Shown here piece by piece: positions 13,040-26,729 of a DNA stretch of 64,000 nt. Position numbers and translations under genes: made by a program. The stretch is from Nemertoderma westbladi (taxonomy: Eukaryota > Animalia > Xenacoelomorpha), in the NCBI GenBank assembly GCA_032718475.1, contig JAUCBJ010008799.1, positions 62,001-126,000 on the forward strand. The letters run 5' to 3'. Each line of letters begins with the position of its first letter. The first letter of the stretch is position 1. Below the pieces are notes generated by a model. It searched no databases, was not told the DNA's origin, and worked only from the letters and a program-made list of their open reading frames with translations.

Positions 13040-14075
13040 CAAACTCCAGTGATCACCGCCTTATTGTGGCCAAGGTAAGACTTAGTCTGCGCGCTAGCAG
13101 AACAACGAAATCTGCCTTGCCGCGGTATGACTGGTCCTCTCTGTTGCAACACCCAAGTGTGAGATCCATCTTCACACTACAGCGGAGTAACAGGTATGAG
13201 GTTCTTGCCTCTGAGGTGGTAGATCACTGCGAGGGCTATACTGCCATCACAGAAGCAGTTAAGTTACCAGTTCCTGTATAAGTTCCACATAAGTACTAGT
13301 TCCTAAGTTTCTGTATACCCTCGAAACAGGAGAATGACCCCCTGGACTGACCACAAAATTCAGAAGTGCCGAAATGAGATCTATAAGGCGCAGCAAGAGT
13401 CCAGACTCAAACAGACTACAGTGGCCATGAATGCAGTTAAGGCTGCATCTAGGTCCCTGAACATGCAGTACTCTGTTAATCTACAGGAGCTAATAAACCA
13501 ACAGGTTGATGCCATCAATGATGCTGACGACAGCAGGCAATCATTACAGGAATGGAAATCGACCAACCACCAAGGTTAAGGCAGAATCACCAGCCGATCG
13601 CATCAATGGTTGGAAGGCCCACTTTGAAAAGCTCCTCAATAATGACAAGGTATTGCCTGATAACTTTATAGAAGTAAAAATGTCCGAGTCTGTACTCCCA
13701 GATATTCCCATTGTTGATTGGTGATACCATTGGTGAAGGGCTGCTGCAAAGAGCATTAAGACCAATCGTGCCAGTGGAGTAGATGGTGTTCCCCCTGAGG
13801 TCTTTAAAATACCTGAGTGTTTAAAGCTCATCTATCCCATCATAGTAGACATGTACAGAACAACAAGAGTCCCACAAAAAATTAAAATAAATAAGTTGGT
13901 GCCAGTTTCCAAGAATCGCAACCTAACACTATGGTTCTATTCGGGGAGTTTCATTGATCTTTACTGCTGCAAAGCTATACAATAGAATTCTATTAAATCG
14001 CATCAGGGATTCCATTGAGAGACTGCTTAATGGAAATCAGAATGGGTTCCATAAAGGTCATGAGACCATGAAGCC
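13040..14075 (+). mobile_element. Degenerate RTE-clade LINE, left half (end of APE and start of RT)
   Basis: SDHRLIVAKVRLSLRA, ASGVDGVPPEVFK, KLYNRILLNRI...NQNGF motifs; multiple stops and frameshifts. Confidence 0.8.
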
Positions 14076-15874
14076 CAGCAACTAGTGACAACGTTATTAA
14101 AACTCCTCAAAGTGTCTACAAAATTGATCGTGTCTTTCGGGGCTAATGACTCCAGTTTGTCCAAATTTTTTAAAAGATGACGAGAGCTGTTTCCAGAAAA
14201 GCTACCACCATGGAAAGCTTCACGCTCAACGTGGCACTCTTTGAGCCACTGGTCACATTCTGGCCATTTCTTTTGTAGTGCACAATATATAGTGTTAACG
14301 GGGCCAATAAGAAGATGCAGTTCAGGAGGTGGCACGATATGTAAAACTGGCGTTAAAATGTTATTATTTCCTTGTATTATGGGCATATTGACAACGTTAT
14401 CATATTCCTTCGCCATGCAACGCTGTCTGCCAGCATCAAAATATTCCCAAAACGAATCGATCAAAGATTTTAAAGTTCGTTGCTCTCCCTTCTCATGCAG
14501 ACTATTGTGATTAATATTGCACCAGCAGCATGGATGAGAGCTGCCGTGAGACATTATCCCAAGAAGCAGATTGCAAACCTTGAGATCTGTTGCTACAGTA
14601 AATTTTCGCCCAAACATGTTCAGGCGAAGCTTCACCCATAAAGATAAGAGATTTTCGTAATTCTCCTGAACATTCGGTACTATGCCCAATATAAACAGTT
14701 TTTTCACTCCAGAAGACTTAAACTTCTTTGCAGAAATGCCGTCCTCATATTTGCTCCTGGAAATAGAAACAGGCTCTGAGCAATCCTCAGGAACTATTAC
14801 AGAGAGACAAAGCTTAAGAAAGCCCCTACCTCCATCAAGCCCAAACTTAATAAGAATGTCTTCTTGATCTGTTATGGACCGGGCTTCAAATACATAGGAG
14901 ATGAATCCTTCTACGTCGGAACACAAAACAGTGGGACGGCTAAAACGTTCTAATACCACATTTTTTTGCTTAACGATGTAATTAATCTGGCAGAGAACAA
15001 AAAATTGATCACATTTGTGATCCATTTCATGAAGCTTACTTTTTAGTCCACTTTCAATGGATTTCCTTGAACCAATTGTGCTCCGGATATCCTGGGCTAA
15101 TTTATGTGTTTCTCTGCTACTGAGATTAAGATCCTTCTGGATAGAAGATATGTTACTGGCGCTAAACAATGACACGGGTTTCGAGGAAGAAACTGTTGTT
15201 AATTTTAGTAAATGCCGACAAGAGGATGTACTCAATTCAGTTTGTCTGCCAGAGTCTGCCAATTTTGGCCTTATAATTGCTGCTGACAATTTTTCTGGGG
15301 CAGTTGGCGAGCAACCTTCTACCAGATCGGTCATATTCGAAATCCGGCTAGTTTTATTGCACTGGTGACTGAGACCGGGACTGAGTTTCATGAAACAAAA
15401 TGAGCAAATTTTAATTACATCGGGTTTTCTTTTCGTTTCTCCAAGAGTAGGCCTTCCCCGTGGTCGTTTCCGAACACCCACTATACCCACACCGCCTATA
15501 AGAGAACCACCTCATCCTGCACCGACAGTTTGTGCAATTTCGCAAACAGTGCAGTAGCCGGCAGCACACGATGTAGCACCATCTTCACGATGTATAGACG
15601 TCGATCTTGTGTTAGCACGTTTTGGAATCAGGGAGTGGTCATAAATTACAATTTCCTTGTTGAAGTTGCCTTTGCTGTATTGCTGGAGGATCAGCCGACA
15701 GGATCCGCAGATCGAAACTGGTAATCGACAATCATTTGGATCTTAACCAGAAATACAGTATTCTTGTATCGATGTATGCATTTCTAGGGAGAGTTTTCGC
15801 ATATCTCAGGCTTTGTTCATACATAATAAACAGACCAAAGTCCGGTTTTCCTCGTGAGACCGCGGTTTTGGCAT
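14076..15874 (-). pseudogene. Chapaev-type transposase pseudogene
   Basis: ATG at 15874: MPKPRSHEENRTLVCLLC...LPVSICGSC (Chapa-like zinc finger, two in-frame stops). Core has GLDGGRG, TDLKVCNLLLG...HPCCWC, PPELHLLIG and FSGNSSRHLL, RAG1/Transib-like motifs. Confidence 0.8.
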
Positions 15875-16253
15875 ACCAGTATTTAATGAATGAAATCCAG
15901 TTGCCGGCGGTAGCCGTACCGGTACCAGTCGAAATATTACTAATAAAAATGAGCTGAAGATAATGACTCTCATTAATTAAAGAGGTCGAATTAAACAAAA
16001 CCAAAATAAATAATAGTTTTTTTACAGATTTTACATTCAGCAGTAACTTACTATTAATTCCACGGCACAACACCAGGACTGGGAGCGCACAAAATTTCTA
16101 AGGATAAAAATGTACCAACAAACACTGTTTAAATTTCCCTCCTAAAATCGTTTCGCCTGTTTCAAGCCAATTATTCAAAGGGTTGCAGATTTTGCGACAA
16201 ATAACTGTAATATTATTTGATGGCTTCCACAAACACACTAATTCATTTTAATT

Positions 16254-19055
16254 TTTCTCGCCGGTATGAACCGATCCGCGGTACGAATGGTGACAGACCG
16301 GGACCATGGGGGGGTCCTTGACCCTAACGCACAAGCGGAGGGCCAGCCACCCGGTGTCACTGTCCGTGACGTCCTCGAGGCTAAACATCCGCCACAGATG
16401 GACGTGCCATCGGATGCCCTCGAACCTTGTGCAGACCTTCCACCCCTGGAAGATGTAGAGATCACCAGGCTGATGGTCCTCAAGGCCGCTAGGATGCTTC
16501 GCGGTAGCGCTGGACCGGTTGGAGGAGACGGCAAACTCTGGAGTGCGCTACTGACACGCCACGAGGCGCACAGCGCCCGTCTGCATGAGGCTGTAGCCAG
16601 TTTGGCCCATCGACTTGCCAACTCTTTGGTACCGTGGGGTGAGATTTGGGCGCTGCGAGCATGTCGGCTCATTGCGCTCGATAAGAAGCCTGGAGTCCGC
16701 CCAATTGGTATAGGGGAGGTCCTGTATCGTGTCCTGGCGAACTGTCTCACCTCGGAGACGAAGGCTGACCTCGTTCAGCAGTGTGGGGCCGATCAGCTGT
16801 GTGCTGGCGTCAAGGCTGGAATTGAAGGCGCTGTCCACGCAATGAACGCCATCTACGAGGAAGAAGAGACTGAGGCGATGCTCCTCGTAGATGCGAAGAA
16901 CGCCTTCAACTCAGTTAGTCGCCCCGTGTCCCTCTGGAACTGCCGAGTCCTATGGCATTGTGCCTCCTGGTTCCTTTTTAATTCATATAACGGTCACGCG
17001 GCCCTCTACGTCCACGGCAGTGATGACCCGATATGGAGCCAGGAGGGTTGGACGCAGGGGGACCCCGCAGCTATGCTGGGCTACGGTTGCGCGACCCTGC
17101 CCATGGTGTGCCAGTTGCGGCAGGTCGATCCGCTATTTTCGCCAAACAACGCCACTGCTGTTGCTGACTCGGATTTTGGAACGCCACCGAGCTCCCCATC
17201 ACTGTTCGACGATACTGTCATCCCCGACATGATATGTGACTCATCTACTAGTCCACGACTCCTAGATCCCCAACCTCACATTGGCCGCCAGCGTCAGTGC
17301 TGGTACGCAGATGACTCGGCCTCTGCCGGTAAACTCGCCAAAATACGCCTGTTGATGCTACGAGTTGATGGGGGTCGGTAGATAGGCTACACTCCGGAGC
17401 CGACCAAGAGCGTCCTCGTCGTGAAACCAGGTTATGAGGCTGAGGCGAGGGAGTTGTTCGGTGACACGGGTGTCCAGATCGTGAGTGGCCACCGGTTCCT
17501 TGGGGGCTTCATCGGGGAGCCCACAGACTGTAAGGCTTTTGTGGGGGAGAAGGTAGCTGGCTGGGTGGACAGTATCAAGAAGCTCTCGACGGTCTCCAGT
17601 GAATATCCCCAGTCCGCCCACACAGGGGTCACCTTGTGTGTCCAAGCTGAGTGGGACTACCTACTGCGCGTGGTACCGACTGCCGATGAGGAAATCACGC
17701 CCATCCGTTCCGTTCTCCTCCAAGATTTTGTACCCGCAATCTTCGGGACTCCAGTAGGCGCTGCCGACGAGGACCTCATCCTGCTCCCCGCCCGTCACGG
17801 AGGGGTCGGCTTCCGCGACCCTCTGTTGCGCCGCAACCCAGCCAGGGCTGCCTCCACTGAGGGGACGTCCCTGGTAACTGAGGCCCTACGTTCCGGCACG
17901 CCGCTCCTTGTGCCCGAGCACGTCCACCAACTCAACCAGGCCCTCAAGCAATCGAGGGAAGAACAAGAAGCCACGTTTCTCGAGAAAAGGGATACTGCCC
18001 TGCAAAGCCTCCCTGCCCACCGACGCAGAACTGTCGAGCGGGCGGTTAATAATAAGACCGGTGGTTGGCTGACCGCCCAGCCGTCAGTACTGGACGGTAC
18101 AGATCTTAGTGCAGAGGAGTTCCGTGATAACCTCGCGCTCCGGTATGGCCTGGTCCCTCCCGGTTTGCCAGCTACGTGTGAGGGTTGTGGGGGCGAGTTC
18201 TCCACCACCCACGCACTAAGCTGCAAGTCGGGGGGACTGGTCGTTAAAAGGCACGACGAGGTCCGGGACGTCTTCGGAGACCTTCTATCCTCCGTTGTCG
18301 GACCTTCGAGTGTGGAGCGGGAGGTGACCCTGTCTCGGGGTCACCTGGACAGCGCCGGTTTTGTGGTCGGTGGCGTCCGGGCCGACTTGGTTGCACGTGG
18401 GGTCTGGGCTTCTCAACGGGTGGCGTCGTTCGACATTCCAGTATTAAATGCTGACGCCACCTCTTATGCCCAGGCCAACCGTTCAACCGAGTCGTTGATA
18501 GACGAGCGCTGCCGCTATAAGACACGCCACTACCGCGCCGTATGCGAGGACCGGATAATGTCGTTTACCCCCCTGGTCGGAACAACAGATGGTGTCTGGT
18601 GCCGAGAGGCCCAGATACTGTTAAAACACATCGCCGAGGCTCTCGTTTCTAAACACCAAGGGATGAGGGAAAGGGGCCTCGCGTGTGTTTTGGGGGGTGT
18701 CCGGCGGCGCCTTCAATTCGCCCTCCTCTGGTACAGTTCCCTCTGCCTCCGTGGCGGACAACGATCATGGCGCGGTTTGGGGTTCGGGGATGGTGCGGGT
18801 CTGCGAGGTCACGACATCCCCGCGCAGTATTGACCGGCTGCTTCGGCACTTCATCAACAAAGCATCGGCTCTTAAGTTCAACAAACAACTGGACGCGCTC
18901 TACACAACTGTATAAATAAATATTACTATTACTCTATAAATATTAACTCAACATCAATTTGCAATATTTATTGTTAACTATTATTGGTATTGGCATTGCA
19001 TTGTATAGATTGTATTAATTATACTAAATTACTTCACTTATCACACTGAAAAAAA
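16254..19055 (+). mobile_element. 5'-truncated CRE-like non-LTR retrotransposon (RT + CCHC + restriction-like endonuclease)
   Basis: GVRPIGIGE, LLVDAKNAFN, QGDP, YADD; CEGC..H...C, RHDEVRD, RADL, FDI. Frameshift near 17360. A-tail 19049-19057 and 14-bp TSD aattcattttaatt at 16240-16253 and 19056-19069. Confidence 0.88.
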
Positions 19056-19421
19056 AATTCATTTTAATTATTAAAATAATAATGATTAGGATTGATACAT
19101 GACTTAGATACGGTACATAGAAACTTGATACTACAGTGGATACATTAATTGAAATAATTTGTACTGTACAGTACATACATATAGAAACAATGTCAACATT
19201 TGCGATCAATCAATATTCCATATATCGTGAAATTTAGGAGTAAAAGTGTTTTTTTTTTAAACTTTTCAAACATTTTAAAAAATTCAAATAAAAACGCATA
19301 CCCTCGGTAAAATATTTTCATTTTGTACTTTTTTAGTTCATATCAACCCATCCATCGTAAATAATGTCGAATTTTCGGTGGAGAATTTTTTTCATGTAAA
19401 AGTGTATTCAGGCACACTGTG

Positions 19422-20600
19422 ATCTTGGCACTTAGAAGGATAATTGAAGAGTTATTAAAAAAGAAAGACAGGCATCTGGCTGTTATCTTTGTTGACTTCT
19501 TCAAGGCCTTTGATTCAGTCTCACTCACATATGTATGTTAAGCATACTTTCATTATATGGGATTCCTGATGAAATTATTGCAGCTATCAGATCATATGAT
19601 GGTTTGACAACATTTGTGTCTACTGTTGATGGTGACACAGAACCATTTGAAGTATTATGGGGAGTCCTACAAGGAGATACACTTGCACCATTCTTGTTCA
19701 TAATTGTGATTGACTATGTTCTACACATGTCCTTAGATCATGATAATGATGATGGGGTGATGGTAACTCCACCTACTGGCTCCAGAAGTCTAGGAAATCC
19801 TGCCAAGTACCTAACTGATCTAGACTTTGCTGATGACTTAGAAGTACTCTCAGAATTACTAGAGAGAGCCCAACGGCTCCTCAGCTCATTAGAACATGCT
19901 GCTTCTAGTGTTGGTCTTTTTATTAATTCCAAAAAGTCAAAATTTTGACAGTTAACTTTGAAAGTCCTCAGCAAGTCTCTGCCTGGATGTGCACAAGCTC
20001 AAAGGATAGTATGCTTGAGCATGTGGACGACTTCTGTTACCTGGGATCATGTATCTGGAAGTCAGGTGAGGACCTTCGAATACGTACTAAGGTAAAGGCA
20101 TGGGCAGCCTTGAATAGACTTTCCAGGATTACGAAGTCATAGAGAATTAATCAGAAACTTAAGGTCTCATTAAGTAGAGCAGCAGTAGTTCCAGTACTCC
20201 TCTCTGGGAGTCCATGCTGGGCTCTAACTGCAGGAGACCAAATCTCTGGATGGCACATTCATAAGAATCCTACGCCGGGTTCATTGTGTCAAGTACAATA
20301 CACACATCTCCAACTGGACACTATATATCATTGGATGTCTCATTGGTTCCCCCAAGCTTGACACTAGAACAAAGTTGCCTCCACTTTGCAGGACATTGCT
20401 TTCACCGTGAGGACCAGCCAGTGCATAATCTTGTGCTTTGGTAGCCTCATGGAGTGAATAAGCATGGTGGACAGCCCATGACTTTCTTGAGACGCATCTT
20501 AAAGGACACTGACCTTGAAAATGCAGATGATCTAGCAAATGTCATGGGTGATACGGAGTTGAGGCAGCGCAATTTTGTCAACAAGCCAGTACAGCATTCT
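19422..20600 (+). mobile_element. Degenerate RTE-clade LINE, right half (RT)
   Basis: FVDFFKAFDS, GVLQGDTLAPFLF, DFADD, YLGS motifs. Confidence 0.85.
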
Positions 20601-21010
20601 TAAAAATGCAGCTATGCAATGCAGCATACTGATCCTAGTAGTAGTAGTAGTATAAACAATATTTGTATTAAATATTATGGACATAGACGTCATCGACAGA
20701 TGATATAGTATTAGTATGTAGTATAGGATATAGTATGTATTATGAAGATGAATTATTACAATAGGAATAAAGTAAATACTGATAAGACAAATATTCATGA
20801 ATTACTTAGCTCCAATCTCTAATTCCCTTCAAGATTTGTTTATTCGACTAATGAGTAACCATGATGACTGGAAATTTCTCATGTGTCCTATCCAAATTCG
20901 ATTAGCAGCTGCTCATTCATCACATTGGTTGGCTGAGTAGATGAGGATTGGATGGCAGTGACTGGTTCCCGATCTGTCTCAGGAGCTGCCTCACCCGCTT
21001 CCAGAATAGA

Positions 21011-21230
21011 TTGGCTGCCCAAATCCATCGTAGCTCGGCTGCCTGAATCCGTCATAGCTCGGATGCCTGAGTCCATAGTAGTTTGGCTTCCCGAGTCCAT
21101 CGTAGCTTGGCTGCCCGAATCCGTCATAGCTGTGGTGCCCAAATCCGTCATAGCTTGGATGCCTGAGTCCGTCGTAGCTCGGCTGCCTAAATCCGTCATA
21201 GCTCGGCTGCCCGAATCCACCATAACTCAG
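21011..21230. repeat. 24-bp tandem repeat (about 9 copies; TDSGSRAM-like on the minus strand)
   Basis: gaatccgtcatagctcggctgcct-like units, open in both orientations. Confidence 0.8.
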
Positions 21231-24200
21231 CCAGTGAGTAGAAGGTTAGGAGAATTTTGGGTAGGATTTCTGATAAATTTTGCAATTGGGTTTGGCTGCA
21301 AGTGGGCTAAAGTAGTCGCAGAACCCAACTGTACATTGATATGCATCGTGTCTCGATGAAATTGTCAATATCGTTTGTGACTGACACAACAATTTTCTTA
21401 CCATTGTTGCCGCAGATCCAATGTGGATGACAGTTTACGTGATCCAAACAGGTACTGCGCAGTAATACACATGTTTCGTCGTGTTAGACACTCTGACAAG
21501 TAGACGTTGCCACAGAAGTGCTCTTAACTAGTTTGGCTAGCATTATCCATACCATTATGGATTTTCTCTGCGGAGAGCTTCTTTTTACGAGTGATGAAAT
21601 CATAACGCGACAGACACGTTATAAACGAAACGACTAGGGTTCCAGGGTTTTTCGAATTGACTCGGGATATATCATTTGATAAATCCAACAGCAGCTAATC
21701 CGATACTGTTGAAAATCCAAATGCAGCTACAGTTATTTGGGCTCAAATAGCACATATAACCCTGCTAAAATATATACCGGTAATGATTGCAGAAAACACC
21801 CGTTACAAAGGGAAATCTAAATATTTTAATTGATAATTTTCTACAACTTTCTGGCAATAATGCGAGATACCCACTCGCTTAAATAATTTATTTTACAACA
21901 ACCCAGTGATCCAGTTGGAATCCCGACTCGACCTGATCTGCACTGTAATACAAATAGTGGCGAGGTCCAAAACAATATTATGTAATTTTATTTGAAAATA
22001 TTCTAGAATGAAACCGTTTTAGTTTTGCAATGTAAGAGGTATGTTTCTAGTAAGGGGGTTTTGGCATAGATAGATCAAAAATAATGGTTATCACCCTTTG
22101 GCTTTTATTAAATAAATATTTCATACATAAAGGTATTTTAATTTTAAAGAAATATTAGTTTGTTTGAAATAATATACAAAATGTTCCAATTACTGATTGA
22201 TTGATTAGGATCGAACCCTTAACCTTAACATTTGTGAACCGACGCACTAATGAGTGAGCTAATATCCTGTTAGACAAAGCTTGAAAATATAATATGTTAT
22301 TACCCATTCAGTTATAATTATCACAAACAGAGAACTGTTTGTAAAATAATCAGGGTTGCTATGCAACATGTCAACATCAGTTCCTAAGAACTTCCCATGC
22401 TGTAAACTACAGCATCACTAAAAATGAGTTCAAAATTACATACAAATTAAACTTTCTTTCAACATTTTTCAATATTTACTATTCTTTAATCAAATCTACG
22501 TATGTAATAAATCAAATATATAAGGATTTTTAAATCCAAACACTGCTCTGATATAAAAAATTAATTTACATCAATTTACATATTCTTCACAGCTTACAAA
22601 TATAATTCTTTCATTACTACAACTCAAATTAAACTCTCAATTTGGTTTAATCAAACATAAATTAAATAGAAACAAATAAATCCACCCCACCACTGCGCAT
22701 TCTAGAGCGAATCTAGAACCGCCTTCAGGTTTTGGGCAAAACCAGGATTCATTGCATTTCAGATCTCAGTTACGTCGATAGTTTACCACGGCCCATTCCC
22801 TTTCCTTGCAAAATGCGCCTCGCCCAAAACCTGGCCCCAAAGGTTGTCGCGACGCATTGGTCGCCCTCCTTGCTTCACATTCTCGCGGCATCTTTGCTGC
22901 GGACGTTTCCATGGGTCCTTGTGGTCGCAGCAAAAAGGAACCTTTTATATTTCTTCCTCGGTGACTTCCGACTCCTCTTCCATGCCATGGTGTCTCAACC
23001 CCAAGTGTCAGCAATGAAACAGGTTGTTGTCGCGCTGTTTAGGAACGTTCTCGCAGGGACACTGTTTTTGGGCCCATACATCTAGGGAGGAAGCACCGCG
23101 TCCATGCAAACTGCACGCAGCCTGCTGGCGATCTTCGTTGGCGATCTGCGTTGGTCGACAGATTAGGTTCGACCTGAATACACAACCACTGAGTGTTATT
23201 GCCATTTATTAACTATTATTTAACTCAAAATTAAATTAAATTGGACCTATCTAGTAGAAAGGAAGTACCCTCCCAAATATATATATAACGCCTAAAATGA
23301 ATGAAGGTGAAGCGGGCAATAATGAAATATGACACAAACGATTTCGGAAAACCGGACGCTGTCAATCCCAAGTCAATGCATACGTGACGTGAAGCCAAAC
23401 ATCCAAAACTGATCGCACTATCAAGTAAACTATGTCTCTTGAACCCAATGGTAATTCTGAGTTTTGTAATGATGACTTTGATGTTATCGCTGTTACATTT
23501 TATCTCGTATTTATGTAATTTACTCCTTTTACTTATTTTCCTTTTGGAAATAAAACAATTTTCAATAAAACTAAAATTAAAATAAAATTTTCTCGATAAA
23601 TAATTTAAAATAATTGTTTTCACCAAATCTGTAAGTGTAATTCCTGAACTCATAGAGCATACCACAACCTGTAATTCACGAAAGTCGAGACGACAATTTA
23701 TGATATTAAAAATTGTAACTATGTAAGGTTATACTTACGCGCAAATACATTATGTAGGAAATTTATTAATTGCACTAACACCATAAAATTTACTCTTTTT
23801 AGGTCATATATCACGCCTCTTTATTGTAACGCATTATGGTCCACTCAGAATTATTCTGAATATGTTTTCTACAGCGGTATTGCATGGTCGTGAGCTGACC
23901 CGCAGATATTTGGAAATAATTAGTGTTACTTGTTCAGTTACCTGATGATGAGCGATCTCATTTACGAGGCGAGAACTTGGGCCCGCCATCGTGTTGCTTT
24001 GTTCTGTGTCATCATTTATTACCACCTCCGGTACTGGTTGCACATCTGTTATGAGTACCGATGTAGGGTGATTGACAGGATATGTTTTGGGTTGGAGTCT
24101 GTATCAGATTGTGTTCCAGTATTCGGTTTTTTAGAGACTTGTGTTGATTGGGGTGAAGGGTCACTCAGGTTAGAGTGGTTCCGTTTTTTCCTTCATTGAG

Positions 24201-24262
24201 TTGAGCTTCTTGTTCTTGCCATGATTAATGTGAAGCAATGGGTGGACATAGAACGAGGTTAA

Positions 24263-24985
24263 GGGGGTGCACCATTTTCGGACAACTCTTCGATTTATCA
24301 CTCTCAGCGTTTCAAAATTTTTGTTTTTGGCTATAATTTGGAATATAGGTGCCTAAGATGCTATTCTACATGATAGGTTAGAAATTTTTTTTTTCGCTAT
24401 TTAATATTAGTTAATACTAGTTAAGAATAAAAAACTTGGTTGCGCTTAAAACCCTAAGGCTTTTACAGTTTTGAATCTAATCACATGAAAGTTTTTTTAT
24501 ATGATAGATCAAAGATGGGGCAACATAACTATCAGGCGAAATTTTGTGAAAATAATTCTGCACCGCTATGTGGCGCTGCAAATTTAAGCTAAATTTTTAG
24601 GTTTGTTATAAATAGTATTCAATTTTATTAACAAATAATTTCGAAAAGTTGTCTGATTCTTTTATGCAGGGTCGCTATGTAGTCACCCACAGAAAGTTTC
24701 AGACAAATTGCTCAAAAATTATAGAAGTAGTAGGGTTTTGAAGTTGACAATTTCATAAAAAAAATATTTGGAGATAATCGACCTTTCATTATACATAGTA
24801 ATAGTAATTTCAATAGGAATCCATAAATGGAAATTGTTATAACTTGAAAACTAAAAGAGCTATTAAATAGCGGTTTTCAGATTTGGAAACACCATTCAAT
24901 GGTGCATTATAATAGACCATAAAAAAATTCGACATATTTTTGACCAAAATGGTGTACCCCCCCCCCCCCCCCCCCCCCCCCCCCC
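24263..24985. mobile_element. Non-autonomous DNA transposon with TTAA TSD and GG termini (Kolobok-like MITE)
   Basis: TTAA|GGGGGTGCACCATTTT ... AAAATGGTGTACCCC|TTAA. Confidence 0.75.
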
Positions 24986-25086
24986 TTAATGAGTTTATAA
25001 GGTGCAAGGCATACTAGGCAGTTCGGCAGGAGGCTAATTACCAGTACCAATTGCAGCATACATTTTGTGATGTCGTTATTGTTACA

Positions 25087-25118
<32 letters not shown>

Positions 25119-25965
25119 CAAAGATGACTCCCGTTCGCCTTGTATTCCCGTGAATCTTTCCTATTATAGGAATAATTCCTTGGTCTCATTGTCGCAGACG
25201 ATGTTATTACGATGTCACTATTACATTTTTATATTGTCGGTATTATTAATATGTCTTGTGACATATTCTCAGTATTACCTTGGTCCTACTATACTTTTAG
25301 GCTCTATAAATTAACCTAAATTACTACGTATAGTAGGGGATGTCGATATAACAGTAAATCATAAATCTGTTAAAATATTTTAACCAACTGAAAATCTAGT
25401 CAATTAAGATATCATGGCACCTACTAATACACTTGAAAGACAAATTTTCTAGAATTAGTGGTTAACGTCCCCAGACATATTCTGGAATAAATGGGTGCAG
25501 AGAATAAGAATAATAACAAAAGTTCATAGGGAATATTTGGAGAACAAAACGTTGCGAATATTCATTTGACTTCTTATACGCTTAATAGCTGCAGAGATAC
25601 ATCTGATGTACTAACTTGGGTTGTTTGGAAGGAACTTCAACCCAATATGGTAAACACTTCTGGAATTCCTCCCAAACTCAACTTTTGTTCATCTGTCTAC
25701 AAACATGACACCTCCAATTATCCCTTTAATAACAACATGTAATACTGCCAGAATGCTTCACTTTCTTTCGCTATATTTCGTATAGTGTTCTAGATCACCC
25801 CCAACTTCACTTGTTTGGGAGAGGCACAAGTGTGGGGTGATGCCGCATCCCAAATATTATTCTCTCTCTCTCTCGCTCTCTCTCTCTCTCTCGTCTCATC
25901 TCTTGTATTGAAATTCTTGCTACTGATTTTGATTCTGAGAATTGAGAACACGCAGATAAAGGCTA

Positions 25966-26650
25966 GAGTTCTGTATACAACTGCATTTTTAAAACATATG
26001 CCCTTGTTACTATGGCAACATTGAAGAGTTCTAGAACAATAGAAAAGTATTATATACTATTCTAGAACATAAATAAAATAAAAAATATAATGTTCTAGAA
26101 TATATAGCTAGTTTTTTTTTAATTTTAAAATAGCTAGTAAATTAAAAAAAAAACATCCAATTTGGTAGATAAATTTTCTAATAAATAAATAATATAAATA
26201 AATAAATTTTTTTTGTATTACTAGCTATATTAAATTTGAAAAATAACTAACTATATGTTCTAGAACATTATATTATTTGTATTATTTATGCTCTAGAATA
26301 GTTTATAATACATAAAAAATTACATAAATAAAATAAAAAATAATAATGTTCTAAAACATATCGCTGGTTTTTTTTAATTTTAAAATAGCTAGTAAATTTA
26401 ACAAATAATACAATTTGGTACCGGTAGATAAATTTTTGAATAATAATATAAATAAATAAATTTTTTTTTATTACTAGCTATTTTAAATTTAAAAAATTAC
26501 TAGCTATATCGGTATGTTCTAGAACAATAATTTTTTTATTTTATTTTTGTTCTAGAATAGTGTAGATTATATATTTTTTGTTTTAGAACTCTTCACTGTT
26601 GCCATGGTAACAATGATTTATGTTATAAAAATGCAGTTCTATACGGAACG
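25966..26650. mobile_element. AT-rich foldback/MITE, a long imperfect palindrome with nested inverted repeats
   Basis: gttctgtatacaactgcatttttaaaacata...ggcaacattgaagagttcta is mirrored by tagaactcttcactgttgcc...aaaaatgcagttctatacggaac. Confidence 0.75.
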
Positions 26651-26729
26651 GTTACCCAGATAAATATTCAGAAACCGGAGAACGACGTGTGGAATCGACC
26701 ATAACTAAAATCTATATAGACGACTATTA

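Larger units (their letters stand above)
14076..19421 (-). mobile_element. Chapaev-like (RAG1/Transib-related) DNA transposon, truncated at the left end, inserted in the RTE LINE and carrying a nested CRE element
   Basis: Minus-strand terminus CACAGTG at 19421. RTE RT sequence resumes in register at 19422 (ILALRR). Confidence 0.75.

Noticed and set aside
24957-25116. Long poly-C/poly-G tracts (also near 9400, 33410, 36405) as G-quadruplex regulators or polyproline ORFs
   Set aside because: Several sit at MITE termini and homopolymer lengths are unreliable; no supporting evidence
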